DNA from: Podospora anserina
Taxonomy: Eukaryota
Length of the DNA: 64,000 nt
NCBI GenBank assembly: GCA_017654855.1
Contig: CM030336.1
Coordinates: forward strand, 4,464,001-4,528,000
Direction of reading: 5' to 3'
The notes under the pieces are model-generated. The model did no database searches, was not told where the DNA came from, and saw only the letters and a list, made by a program, of their open reading frames with translations. Both the position numbers and the translations under genes were made by a program. Shown piece by piece: positions 10,779 to 22,684 of the stretch (its first letter is position 1; every line of letters begins with the position of its first letter).

Positions 10779-12757
10779 GAAATAAGCTTAATTGACCACA
10801 CTCCAGCGACAATCTCGAATATGCCACGCCGCATGGATTCGGGGGGGAACAGCCGTTCATACAGCCAGTTCATGGTTGTGGTAGCCATGGCGATCTGAGT
10901 TGGGCACGTGTTCTATGTCGCTGTCGTGTTCTTGTTCTCTATAACTGCAGGAGAGACTGGGTTGACGACGAGCGGCACGGTTGTATATAGTGTGTTTGTC
11001 TTGAAGACGGTGAAGAGGGGAGGGGGAAATCTCACGTCACGAGCTGAGGCCACGCGGCACAAAGAGAGAGGGATCAGGACATATTGCATCATGAGCAAAT
11101 TATGGACCGGATGGGATTGAAGTCATACCGAGGGACCAGAGCACTGCAGGCCGACGTCGGCCCAGTCCACTCATCATGCAAATTCAGTATCAAGCCGCAC
11201 AGGACACCAAAAAGTGAGGAGATAAACAACATCAATTGTCTATGTAACTTGTCCCAAGAGGCCTCAACCGGTTCACCAAGCCCAAGCTTAAATCTTTCGA
11301 AAAAAAACCCGCTCAGTCAGAAAACCCATCAAATCCTCCCAGAGCTCCCCAAAAAAAATATCTTTTCCTGTTTTCTGTGTTGTTTTTTGTCAAGTCCTCC
11401 AAACCCTCCTCAATCGTATTTGTTGTCGATGGCTGATCATGATCTCCCAGATACCAAGAAGATCGCCGAAGAGAGGTGATGACTTGTTCCAAAATTGCTT
11501 TGACAAGAGATAGAGTCTCTGCCAAACACCAAAGATATGCCAGAGTCGCTGTGAAAATACAACCAACCAGTCCGCCGGACAAGGGCTAAGATGGCCGTTG
11601 CAAATCCGAGCGCTGCCGACCTGTTCCCTTCCAATTCCAAATCTGCTGGGACTCAACATGATCCCCCAGACTATCGTGAGCCTGTAAACAGTCCGTTGTC
11701 CTTGATGGGCGTGTGAGAACACCATCCCACCACCGCCGTGAGCGCAAGTCGACTCTCTGCGCAATACCACCGTGACCCCAGCACCGAGCCAACGCCGAAA
11801 ACGCAGCCGCATACACTCATTCCCTCCAAGCCCAGCCGGAAAAAAAATGACAAGGAAATCATCGAACGCCTCCAGGAGCACGAGGGAAAATATGGGTACA
11901 ACTCCATGCCTTTTCCCCAACCAGGCAAACGCCAACTGCCCGAACCTCCAGTTCCCATATACGCCGATTCCCAGTTAAGCCAGACCCGTGAAATGACCCA
12001 AACGCCGTTGTATATGAACCATCTCGCCGGAAAACCCATTACCCAGGCTCATACCACCTTCTTCCCAGCCCAACCGTCTCCTCGAGGGCTCCAACCAACC
12101 ATGCAAAGTCCATGCGCGCGCCATTTGATACTTTTGTGAAGGAAAAATTGCATTTCCCAGGGGCATCTTGGCCCAACTCGTCCTATCCTTGAAGAAGAAA
12201 TTGTGTCCCAGTCGAAAACAGGGGCTGGGCCTCTGCAAACGTGATGAAAAGACCGAATAACGCGAGGACCTGAGCGGAAAAAACAGCCAAAAAATGAACG
12301 AGTACATCGCAATACAATGTTACAAGACTTCAAACCACCCGCGTGCTAACCCTGACGCTCGCTGCGAATTTCCAGTCGTCGAGGAAGAAGCTGACTGTAA
12401 CGCGATGACGACGAAAGATGTTCGAGATTAAGCCCGAGGGCAAGAAGAGAAATTAGTTGTTGTGATGTATGATACAGCCGATCTTGCTCGAGATCGTGTG
12501 ATGAGGCGCCATAAAAAATGCTTGGTAGCCTAGGCGCTGTTGCTGTGTGAGAGTGCTGGTGCAGATGCAGGTGTCCTCGAAGAAATCAGTCGCGAAAGGT
12601 AGGGTCGACGGTTGAAGCCGCCGGGGCCGTTGGGAGTTGACGGACCAGAGGCGCAGAGAATATGTACAATGCCAAAAGGAAAATCAACAGAAGAAACACG
12701 TAACGCCATGCTCATGGTGTCCCACCTGCGTCACGTAGAGGAAAGAGTTTCAGCACC

Positions 12758-14530
12758 TTAGTTGGGCCCAGAAGGGGGCTGCTGAATAGGGGTTTGCCCC
12801 TGACCACCACGACCACCGCGGGTCGGATAGCGGGAAGGCTGGGTTTGCTGGAACCCACCGCGGCCTCGGCCATTGCCCCGGTGACCGCCGGGGTTTCCAC
12901 GAGACTGGTACCCTCCGCGGGGCGCAAAACCAGTGTTGGTTGCCCGGCCGCCTTGGTCCGGGAACTGCTGGAAGCTGTTTGACGCCTGATTGCCTTCAAT
13001 CTGCTGGGGAGCCCGTCCCTGCCAGTTTCCCGAAGCACCTCCCGGGCGGGGACCAGCGGGTTGAGCCTGGTGAGTTGGTGGGTTCATTGGCTGCTGTTGA
13101 CCCTGCTGCTGGTTACCAGCAGGCCTGAAGTTGGAAATGGGCCGAGGAATCGACTCGGGATTCTCGTAGACGTAGAGACTCTTGTCAATGGTGGCAGGAA
13201 TGGGCTGGATTTCAGTGCCCAAGTCACGTTCAATGTTGTAGAGGTTGAACCTGTCATCCCAGTTGATCAGGTTGATGGCCAAACCAAGATGGCCGTAACG
13301 GCCCGAGCGACCGATACGATGAAGATATGTCTCGGCATTCTTTGGGAAGTCAAAGTTGATCACCACATTGACAGCCTGAATGTCGATACCACGCGTGAGA
13401 AGATCCGAGCAGACGAGGTTGCGGCAAACACCGTTCCTAAAGTCGTGGAAGACACGGTTGCGAGCGTGCTGCTGCATCTTGGCGTGACTGTAGAAACACG
13501 AGTAGCCCAACTCGGTGATCTTCTTGGCCAAAAGCTCGACACGGTTGGTCGAGTTGCAGAAAATAATGGACTGGTTGATCTGCAGCTTTGAAAAGAGGGT
13601 GTTCAGGCAGTGCACTTTTTGCTTCTCCTCGACGTAGGCGTAGTACTGGGTGATGCCGCGCAGAGTGAGCTCGTCCATGAGGTTGATCTCGTAAGGTTCT
13701 TTCATGTTCTTATCAGAGAAATCCTTGACCGAAATAGGGAAGGTGGCTGAGAACAGCATGACCTGGCGATCCTTGGGGTGGAACTGGAGAAGTTGTTCGA
13801 TGACGGGGGTGAACTCGGCCGAGAGAAGCTTGTCAGCTTCGTCCATGATGAACATGGGGCATTCACTCAAATCCGCCACCTGCTTTCCAGCCAAATCGAG
13901 GATTCTGCCCGGGGTGCCGACCACAATATGGACGGGGTCCTGGAGACGGACAATGTCATCGCGGAGGCCTGTGCCACCAGTGGTAACCATGACGTTGACG
14001 CCGAGGTGCTTTCCAAGCGTCTTGCAAACCTGGGATGTCTGCATGGCGAGTTCTCTGGTCGGGACCAGGATAAGACACTGGATCTTGTTGATTTTGGGGT
14101 TGATCTTTTGGAGAGCGGGGATGACGAAGGCAGCTGTTTTGCCGGTTCCGTTCTTGGCGCGCGCAAGAATATCACGCCCGGTGAGCGCAACTGGAATGCT
14201 TTCTTCTTGGATGGGCGAGGGCTTCTCGAAACCAGCTTCGAAAATGCCCATCAGTAAGGATCGCTTGAGTCCGAAGTCCTCAAACTCCATGCCCTTGGTG
14301 TTGGTGACATCCTGCGCAACAAAGGAGTGTTAGCAAATCTGGTCAGCAACAAGCATGAGGGGGACAAACCTCGGTCTGTTGTCTGTTGTCTTTCGTGGGA
14401 ATGTTCAAGTTCTTCTTCCACTCGTCATCACTGATCTGTTAGCCACCACGGTTCATGGGGTCGAGAGCAAGATGTCCGCCACATACTTCAAGCTTGTCGC
14501 CTGGAGCTTGTCCGCGAGACTGTCGGTCAT
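12758..14530 (-). CDS. DHH1: DEAD-box RNA helicase Dhh1/DDX6, 3 exons (introns 14431-14486, 14312-14369)
   Basis: Q motif [30 protein letters not shown] and HRIGRSGR; Dhh1-specific DNRQQTEDVT and [21 protein letters not shown]-rich tail; canonical introns. Confidence 0.97.
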
Positions 14531-15383
14531 TTTGGCAGCAAAAGGAGGGAATCTTGGGAAAAGAGAGGTAAGTCGGTCGGATTCGGTGGCCCGGAGGTAT
14601 CCCGTCCGTCTTGTTCGAGTGAGGTCTTGTGGTCGGTCGTGGTCGTGTCAGAGACGCAAGACTGGCTCTTCCAGATTGCGAATCGAGGTGGATGTCGTGC
14701 GGTCGGTGGGTTGTGGGTTGAGAAGTGCTATACCCGTCGCGGCATATGTTGGGGATCGAGTTGTGGGTTTGATTTGGTCGACCGATATGTCGTGGAAGCT
14801 GTGGAGCTAGCTGCTCGTCTGGTGGTCTGGTGGTGTGGTGATCTGGTGAGGCTTGCTTCGGTGGTTCGGGGAGTGGGAAGTCGGGATAGAGAAAATGGTG
14901 CGGTTCTCTGCGAATGGGATGTGGGTGGTGGGGGACAGTGAATAGATTGTTGGGGGCTCGAAGTGGTTCGTGTGTTGCTCGAGAAGTCGGTGTAGAGCCG
15001 GGAAAGTGATCTGGAGTCGTCGATGCGGGGCAGAAAGATGAGGCAGGCAGGGCTGAACAATTCTCTGCAGCAACCACTCGAAAAGTTCGGGACGATGATG
15101 GTTTCCTCGTCACGTGCCCAACAACGGTGCTTTCTCCTAGAACAGGGGCGGTGCTTTGGCAGCGATAAGATAACCGGCTGTGGGGTTGATCCACACTGTA
15201 GAAAGGCCAAGACGCCGATGGTCCCGTCCCCTCCATCGTCCCAGATCCCGCATCTTCCCTTTTGCACTTCAACCAGACACTAGTATCCGCCACTGACGCG
15301 AGCACGAGTTGTTCTTGTGTTGCCGGCGCCATGGTCCTTTTCCTTCCTTCAAGCCCTGAAACCATGATCCTGTCAACTTCACC

Positions 15384-16208
15384 ATGATGCTGCTCAAAAG
15401 ACATACCGTTACACCATTTCCCTTGACCACTTTTGTGCTGCCATCAGCTTCGATAACGTCATCGTGTCAGCTACCGCGCTGCCATCTCCAGAAGCGCTCA
15501 TACGCCTCGGTTCAGGACAAGCCACCGAAATGGCCTACTTCTGCAAGCCCCACTCCGTATGAGGTCTTCGGACTTACCAAAGACGATGTATACACCAAAG
15601 CACGGTTCAACCAGTTGGTCAAACTCTATCATCCCGATCTCCACCATCACTCGGCCCACGATGGCATCCCCCATGTGACGAAGCTCGAGAGATATCGCCT
15701 CGTCATTGCGGCCAATGACATCCTCAGCAATCCTCAGAAGCGTCGACTCTACGACCTCCACCGAATTGGCTGGGGAAATCACACCGACCCACATGTTGAA
15801 CATCGGGCGGCAGGGAGGTCATGGAGGAAGGAGCCTGGGAACGCCAGCCAGAACGCCACTTGGGAAGACTGGGAGCAATGGTACCAGGAGAGGGATGGCA
15901 AGAAGCAAGAGCCGGTCTTCATGTCCAACTTTGGCTTCGCCACCATCTTGGCATGCTGTGCTGTTGTTGGTGTCTGGACCCAGGTGGCATATGCCGAGAA
16001 GAAGTCGGCAAGCATCTTGAACCTGCAAGCCCAGCAACAGGCCGTCATCACCAGAGAGATGATGTCGCGCGAGAGAGCGAAAGCGGCCATGAGCCGCGAG
16101 GGTAGGGTCGAGACATTCTTGTTGTCACGAGAGCTTGGAAAGTCGGAATATGATTTACCAGGACACGGAGCCTCAGACGGTGGAGGTGGTGAGGCCGAGG
16201 CGCCATGA
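15384..16208 (+). CDS. J-domain (DnaJ) protein, Jid1-like, probably mitochondrial membrane
   Basis: Presequence-like N-terminus (..RSYAS), PTPYEVF, LVKLYHPD (HPD), ANDILS..KRRLYD, NATWEDWEQW and a C-terminal TM segment. Confidence 0.85.
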   Translation: MMLLKRHTVTPFPLTTFVLPSASITSSCQLPRCHLQKRSYASVQDKPPKWPTSASPTPYEVFGLTKDDVYTKARFNQLVKLYHPDLHHHSAHDGIPHVTKLERYRLVIAANDILSNPQKRRLYDLHRIGWGNHTDPHVEHRAAGRSWRKEPGNASQNATWEDWEQWYQERDGKKQEPVFMSNFGFATILACCAVVGVWTQVAYAEKKSASILNLQAQQQAVITREMMSRERAKAAMSREGRVETFLLSRELGKSEYDLPGHGASDGGGGEAEAP

Positions 16209-17360
16209 AGTCGGTCGGGTTGTATTCGGTGATTTCTGTCAGCGAGTCGCATAGTCGGTCATCATAGACTGTAAACAGACCTGTACTGTTTTGTGATGGT
16301 GCCTGTTGCTTGATTCAAGCCAGAGAGACACTGATTGTATTGGAGTGACCGGCCCTCTTGTCGTGGTGGTTGTTTCGTTGCCGCTGGCGAAAGAAAAGAA
16401 GAAGAGAAAACCCCAGATTCTCTGCGGCAACTCGAGAAGGACGGTGTCTGCCCACTTCCAAAGTAGGTTCAACAAGTCGCTTGCACGTGGCGGGGTCAAA
16501 CAGGAGCTATCGAAGGCTTATCGGGGCACGATCACGTGGAGAACCGGATAATGGAATATCTGAAGACTTTGTCAGAGTTCGGTCTATCACTGTGTTGTGC
16601 GTCTCGGACGTTGAGGCTGCTTAGGGCATTGTCTATGTGCACGGGCCATATCCCTCATCCATCGGTGTCTTGTTCTTTCCTCTTGTCCCCGAGCCATTAT
16701 CTGTGAGAAATGGTGGCTGGGACGAGGCTGCGGAAGACCTGGGAACCGAGTTGAAGAAGATGAGAAGGTGATGGAGCTTAATTCCACTGGAGTAATACCT
16801 CTCCTCACACAATGGTGGCCATAGTCCGAGATCCCATATCTATTTCGTCATGGGAAAGGGCATCTTTCATCCTCATGTTAAGTATGATTCACGGAGCTTG
16901 CATGACTGTTAAAAACAGAGACTCGATTTTAATGTGTCTGATATGACCTTCTTACCTGAAAATAGAATTCATTGGCCAGCAGAGCCTCATGAGGAGGCTA
17001 TTAGACCAGATGATATAAAGCCGAGGTCAGGCAATGGAGATGGATCACGAACTTTGACAACATACATCAAGCGCAGATGCTTCAATTGTGTTGACAGGCT
17101 TCCATCGATGGGGACAAGATGTTGGCGAAAGGCACCAACATCCCCTGCCTCTGCAATGGGTAAAACTTCAGGGGTTGGCATGCCAACACTTCTTCACAAC
17201 ACGCATAGTAGGTACCGAACACCAAGTCTCGAAATCACCGTGTTTATTCCCACTCTACCAACCAAGCATATGGCCTCTAACTACAAAAGAAACCTCTTGA
17301 TGCCCCTTTCCAGCCCAGGTCAAACCCCAAATTCCGATAACCTAGAGACCGATATCTAAT

Positions 17361-18669
17361 CTAGATGCCACTGACCGGCAGCAAGATCTTGTAAGCCATT
17401 GCCTGCCTCTTCCCCAGCGGAGTCCGAAAGATCCTCCGGAGATCCATCGGAGTCGCGTCCTTGTCCTGCGTCAGCTGCCTATGAACCTCCTTGATCAGCT
17501 CCCTGACCTCCCTGACAACATCAAGGTCCATACGCCGGGCCTCATCGCTAGGAAGCATGAGGAAGCGGTCGACATCGATGTAGGTCTTGTCGGCGTCGTG
17601 GAACAGGGTGAGCCAGTCTTCAGGTTGGCCCTTGATGCGGCGCTGTTCATGGTAAGCTTGTCAAGGGTCAGGTCAGTAGCAGATCGTGATTAAATTGTGA
17701 TGAGACGGGAGGCCAAGACTCACTGGTAGAAAACCACCTCCTATAAATCTCCAACCGCTCCCTATCCTCCCTGCTTCCCTTCGGAACCTGCACGACAAAG
17801 TACAAAACTTCCAACCCCGGCATCGAGTCGATAAACCCCGCCACCTCATCCGGACACATGGTCCAGTCCCCATGAGGCACGATGCTCCCGTCAACATGGA
17901 TGCAGCACTGAAAAACAGTGTTTTGCTTCGCGCAAGTGCGCTGAGAACTCTGCTTGTACACAACACCCACCTTCTTCAAATCAGCCATCCCACCCGGAGT
18001 CTCCGTCCCAAAAACAGACTTCTTGTTCTTCTCCCCCTCATCCCTAAGCCTGGATCTCCCCGCGGGAAAAGACAGCTCAGGATCAAAGTAAGGCACGAAA
18101 AACTGGTTATTAACATGAAAGTAGCGAAAGTCAGACTTGGGGTTTGACGTCGCGCCGGCGAGGAAGTCGAGCACGACAAGGTCGTGGTTTGTGTCCATGG
18201 GTCCCCAGGCGCGAGAGAAGGGGAGGTTGCCCGGGTTTTTTGTGGCGAGAACAACAGCCTGCCGGGCTGCGCGGCTGACGGAGCCCATGTCCTTGTTGAT
18301 ACGATAGCCTGAGCCGTCGGTGCTTTTGGATTTGGGGTAGTAGGTCAGATGCCAGGTGGAGTCGACCCAGTTGCCTTTGTCGTTGGTGTAGCCGGGGATG
18401 ACGGCTTTCTCGACATTCATGAAGTGAATGCTGGGTTTGCGGAGGGCTTGGGTGAAGATCTCTTGCTGGATCTCGAGGGGGAAACACTTGAACTGGGGGA
18501 ATTTGACGAGGCTGTCGTCGTTGTCCTTGGAGGCCTTGGAGGCGGCATGGGTTTTCTTGGTTGAGGTGGTCGCGGTGGCCTTGCCTTTGGTGCTTTCGGT
18601 GCTGCTGGCCTTGAGGCGACCCTTGGGGGTGGCCTTTATGATCAAGGCCTTCTTCTTTTTGGGAGGCAT
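17361..18669 (-). CDS. 2EXR-like domain orphan protein, 2 exons (intron 17657-17723)
   Basis: K-rich N-terminus, then FPQFKCFPLEIQQEIF and VSRAARQA (2EXR-like pattern). A GTGAGT...CTGAC...AAG intron joins to the 17361 ORF in frame. Confidence 0.75.
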
Positions 18670-20180
18670 GGTGGCGGTCGTCTGATGCTGTGGGAGAGAT
18701 TTCGGCGAGGGAGAGAAACCGAAATTCTTGGGGGAGAAGATATTTGGGAGAATAAAAACAACCTCCTTACCAACCTCACTGTCCTGGACTGTCAGGGAAG
18801 GAACGATGGGTCACGAGGGCGGCGAGCAGGTGATAAGGAGCGATAAAGGCCCGATAAGAAAGGCAGGAAGAAGCTCAGATGTTTGGCGGTGTATCCTCTA
18901 GTGGTTATGGAGGCCAGGGCAATGTTGAGCTATCTCTAACAGATCCTCATATCGTGTAGAAGCTGCCGGTGTGTAGATCGTATCGCCATTGTTCATCGAA
19001 AGTCTTTGAAAGCTTGAGAGTACAATGGCCCTCCTGTGCTTCCGCTGCTCGGGATGATTGCTCTCTCGACTTCCACGGAAGCCTGATAACGAGCATGACA
19101 ATGAATGGCAAAGCCCCGCGGCAAAGACCGAGAGCAATAGCCCGCCGGAGGGTTTTAATGCAGTATCGACAAGACTGCTTTTGGTGTGTTGTTGAATTAG
19201 GAAGCTTGTTGATATTTAATTTGCACTGGAACTTAGAACTTGCAGTGTGGTATTATGCCTACCTAAGTCCGCATCACTCAGCTATTTGGGCCTATTGGCC
19301 ACATTGGACCACAAAGAAAGCAAACTACAAGACTGCGTGGGTATGCAAGAGTACCAAGGTTCAAAAGTTAGGACGGAGTCGTTGAGTGAGCTGGACACAT
19401 CATTTGCCATTACGAGACACAGGATGTTCTTGCCCACCTAGCTGATTGATGTAAGCACCAAACTGTGTTCATACAACTATACAAGATCTCGTCACCTTAA
19501 CACAGGAATTTACAGAAAGAATTTTAGTCAAATTTACAGACAGAATATTGGTAAGGGCTTGTGTAACGTCCTTTGAAGCTATAATTGTGCATTGTTGTAG
19601 CCGGAAAGATGAGGAGCAACATCACAAACAAGATATTGCTAAAATGCCTCTGCACTGGATTGTAGACCATATTGGTCAACATGACAAACACCTGATTGGT
19701 TTGAAAATACCATTCTGTTCTTCTCAAGATCCAATCAACATTTTCCCCTGCATCCATGCCCTATGCGCTGTCACCCAACATGCAGTTTTCGGTCGACATT
19801 CCAACATTCCCTACGTCACTCACGTCAAATACCATCGCTTGACACCTTACCACGTGGCACGACGCGTGCAAGAATGCAACAAGTCGCGAGGGTGACTCAA
19901 TCAATTAAAAATCGCAGGGAGGGTTCCCAGCAAATTGTGCTTGATTGGGTCGCGGTCGCGTTCCCCTGGGCCCACTTTTACCCCGAAAAGGGAAAGTAAA
20001 TAAACATGCCTGATTGCGTGCAGGCTGCAGCTGTGGGGGCAACCGCAGTGGCGATCAGGGTTGGGCTTTTCGTTGGGTACAAAATCTGAGGATTGCCTTT
20101 TCTTTGAGTTTGATATCCACTGATGCTTGTATGTGACTGGGACATTTCGGAAGACTATTCTTCTTCTTGGTTGATAAACA

Positions 20181-22334
20181 ATGGCGGATTCAGATGTTCC
20201 CATTGCGCTTCGGCGCACGCCGAGGAGGACGGCGGCGAGTGTTCGGTTTCAGGCTTCGTCAAAAACTTCAACAAAGGGACAATCTTCATCACGAACAGCC
20301 CCACCTAAAACATCAGATTCGGCAGTTGCAACGACGCCGAGGAGGAAGACAACAAGAAAACGCGTGAGATTTTCGGATCCGGGACCGGTTATTGGGAATG
20401 GAGCAACACAAGTGGAAGATGAGGTGTCGACGTCTTGGACGGGCCTGACACCCATGATATCCCGGACTCGTCTGGCCACAGGCACCCCTAAGCGCCGACA
20501 CTCTTCAGCACCAGTCTACTCAGCCGCAAATACCAGTTATGAAAGCGAAGAAATCACCTTCCTTCCCCTCCGCCAAGTTCTCGATGGCCGGGTTAAACGC
20601 CGCATCAGACGGAATGGGCTCAGCGAGGAGATGAACACCATTTTCGCCGAACGAAAGACCAAGGCAAAGCAGACAAAAGAGGAGATGAACCGTCTGAGGC
20701 AGGAATTAGAGGAAAAGGACGAGGCGATCATGAGATTACAGGAGGAGACGGTGATGGTGGACACGGACCGGGTATGGGAGCTGGAAAGGAAGGTATCACG
20801 GTTAAGGAGGCAGTTGAGCCAGATGTCAGGGGCAACATCATCACCCTCTAGGCCGTCAACGGCAGCAAGCAGCAGCCCCCCACAGCAAGACTGGACAGAC
20901 GCCGCTCGTGATCCCTTCTCAAAGGATGCCTACTCCATGGATCTGGGCATGGACGACGACCTCCCAGACAACGACACAGACGAGGAGATATTTGGCGATT
21001 CCACCATGGCCGAACTAGCATGCAGCACGCCCACCCGAAAGCCAACCGCCACAGTCCACCACACCTCTGCCTCCTTCCGGTCGTCATTCCCCACCCCGCC
21101 ATCAACCAGCCCAGCTCGACAATTCAACACCACCGACGACCCCTTAACCCCCTGCTCGTCCAAACCCCGCACCACAACAACAACAACAACAACAACAACA
21201 ACAGCCACCTCAATAGCAATCCAAACCTCCCTCCCCGACCCCGCCATCCCCCATCTCCAAACCAAACTATCAACCCTCCAACGCGACCTCGACATCTTCA
21301 AAAACCAGTTAACCTCGCACCTCTCCCTCCCAACCGGCACCGCCCCCTCGGACATATTATCCTCCCTCTCCCAAACCCTCACGTCCCTATCCGACAAGAC
21401 CCACGCGTTGACAACCCTGAACAAATCCCTCTCCTCCCTCGGGTTTGCCCCCTCTAGCACTCCAAACCCAGACGCGCTGGATATAATAACCGGCATATCC
21501 TCCACCTTGCGCTCTTGCCGCCTAGAACTGGAGTACTTATCCCCCGGGGAACTAACCCTCCCCTTGTCTGGTTCGGGGGGACAAGTTATCAAGATGATGG
21601 TGCAAAAACTGCAGGAGCTGGACAAGAGGAGTAAAGACGCGGGGGAAGTGATTGAGGAGTTGAGGGAGCGGGAAAGGGGGTTAAAGGGGGAGTTGAGTGC
21701 CAGGGTTGACTTCACTGATCACTTACAGGAGAGGTTGGCGAAGGAGCAAAACGACAAAAAAAAGTTGGAGGCCAAGGTGGAGGAGTTGAGGGAGGCGGTG
21801 GATAAATACACCAATGGCATTTCCAAGCTGGAAACCCTCATCAACGATCTGGAGGAGAGGTTGGAACGGGAGAGTATTGAGCAGCAGCTTCACGTCACGG
21901 CGCTGGAGCGGTGGTATAAAGACCAGTTGGCGGAGGTGAAGACGAGGTATGAGGAGGAATTAAACGGGAGGGAGGAGGCTATTTTGGGATGGCGGGCTGA
22001 GATTGAACGGGTGAGGGGGGAGTTGAGAGAGACGGGGGAGTTGGTGGGGAGGTTGAAGGGTGAGGTGGCGAGGGTGGGTGGGGAGAATGATGCGCTCAAG
22101 GCGGAGAATGCGGTTATTGCTCAAAAGTATGAGGCTGAGAAGAAAAGGGGGAAGAGAATCGTCGGGGAGTTGGGACGGGTGCTGGCTTTGGCTCGTGGGG
22201 AGGAGAGTGAAGATGAGGAAGTTGTGCCGTCGGCTGGTATGGAAAAGGGGACGAAAAAGAGGAGGTATGACGGTCGGATGGGGTTCACGAATGAGACTGA
22301 AGCCGAAGAGGTTGAAGCCGTTGGGGTTGTGTGA
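20181..22334 (+). CDS. Conserved fungal coiled-coil protein of unknown function (717 aa)
   Basis: Long intronless ORF with motifs PIALRR, RVRFSDPGP and FLPLRQVLDGRVKRRIRRNGLSEEMN, and an extensive heptad E/K/R-rich C-terminal half. Confidence 0.8.
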   Translation: MADSDVPIALRRTPRRTAASVRFQASSKTSTKGQSSSRTAPPKTSDSAVATTPRRKTTRKRVRFSDPGPVIGNGATQVEDEVSTSWTGLTPMISRTRLATGTPKRRHSSAPVYSAANTSYESEEITFLPLRQVLDGRVKRRIRRNGLSEEMNTIFAERKTKAKQTKEEMNRLRQELEEKDEAIMRLQEETVMVDTDRVWELERKVSRLRRQLSQMSGATSSPSRPSTAASSSPPQQDWTDAARDPFSKDAYSMDLGMDDDLPDNDTDEEIFGDSTMAELACSTPTRKPTATVHHTSASFRSSFPTPPSTSPARQFNTTDDPLTPCSSKPRTTTTTTTTTTTATSIAIQTSLPDPAIPHLQTKLSTLQRDLDIFKNQLTSHLSLPTGTAPSDILSSLSQTLTSLSDKTHALTTLNKSLSSLGFAPSSTPNPDALDIITGISSTLRSCRLELEYLSPGELTLPLSGSGGQVIKMMVQKLQELDKRSKDAGEVIEELRERERGLKGELSARVDFTDHLQERLAKEQNDKKKLEAKVEELREAVDKYTNGISKLETLINDLEERLERESIEQQLHVTALERWYKDQLAEVKTRYEEELNGREEAILGWRAEIERVRGELRETGELVGRLKGEVARVGGENDALKAENAVIAQKYEAEKKRGKRIVGELGRVLALARGEESEDEEVVPSAGMEKGTKKRRYDGRMGFTNETEAEEVEAVGVV
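21173..21202 (+). repeat. (ACA)n trinucleotide microsatellite encoding poly-Thr
   Basis: acaacaacaaca... run inside the 20181 CDS. Confidence 0.9.
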
Positions 22335-22684
22335 CTTCTTGGGTATTGTATTTCTCCTACATTTATTGGTTGTTGGTGATCAGGGTCTAATCATGTAACA
22401 TTGTCTCATTTGTATGCTATGACGGGGGCTCACACTTTGGCGTTGATGCTATCAATTCTGTGGAATATCTATCTGTTCTGTTACACCCACTGTTCTCGTC
22501 ATGGACGGACCGACCATCTTCTGTCGCTGGGTTGTCCTCCTGGATTATCTTATTTTGCCAGGAAGGATTCTGTAACCTCATCATTTGTGTCATCCACCTG
22601 TACTTCGCTGTAGGCCCACACCATATCGGGCAAGAGTGGCAAAATGTTGGGTAGTTGAGGGTGTTTGTGCCATCCTTTGGGTTT

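Larger units (their letters stand above)
10071..10888 (-). pseudogene. Truncated NB-ARC-type NLR gene (possible SesB/lipase-like N-terminal remnant)
   Basis: WTVPARNDNFIGRSAQLEQI, P-loop VIHGRAGVGKSQLALEYAYR and YSHVFWL are classic fungal NB-ARC motifs. The frame stops before Walker B. The upstream part is frame-broken and interrupted by a CT-rich tract. Confidence 0.75.

Noticed and set aside
11084-12715. Several 60-180 aa ORFs downstream of DHH1 on both strands, and TGATGA..CTGA box-like words
   Set aside because: No domain motifs, and the composition is UTR-like. The C/D-like boxes are too close together or unpaired. This is most likely a long DHH1 3' UTR or intergenic DNA.
14439-15404. 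321-aa minus ORF upstream of DHH1
   Set aside because: It overlaps the divergent promoter, 5' UTR and intron 1 of DHH1 in another frame and is low-complexity; probably spurious.
18898-19999. Scattered ORFs in a 1.4-kb intergenic region
   Set aside because: No recognisable domain or consistent splice model.
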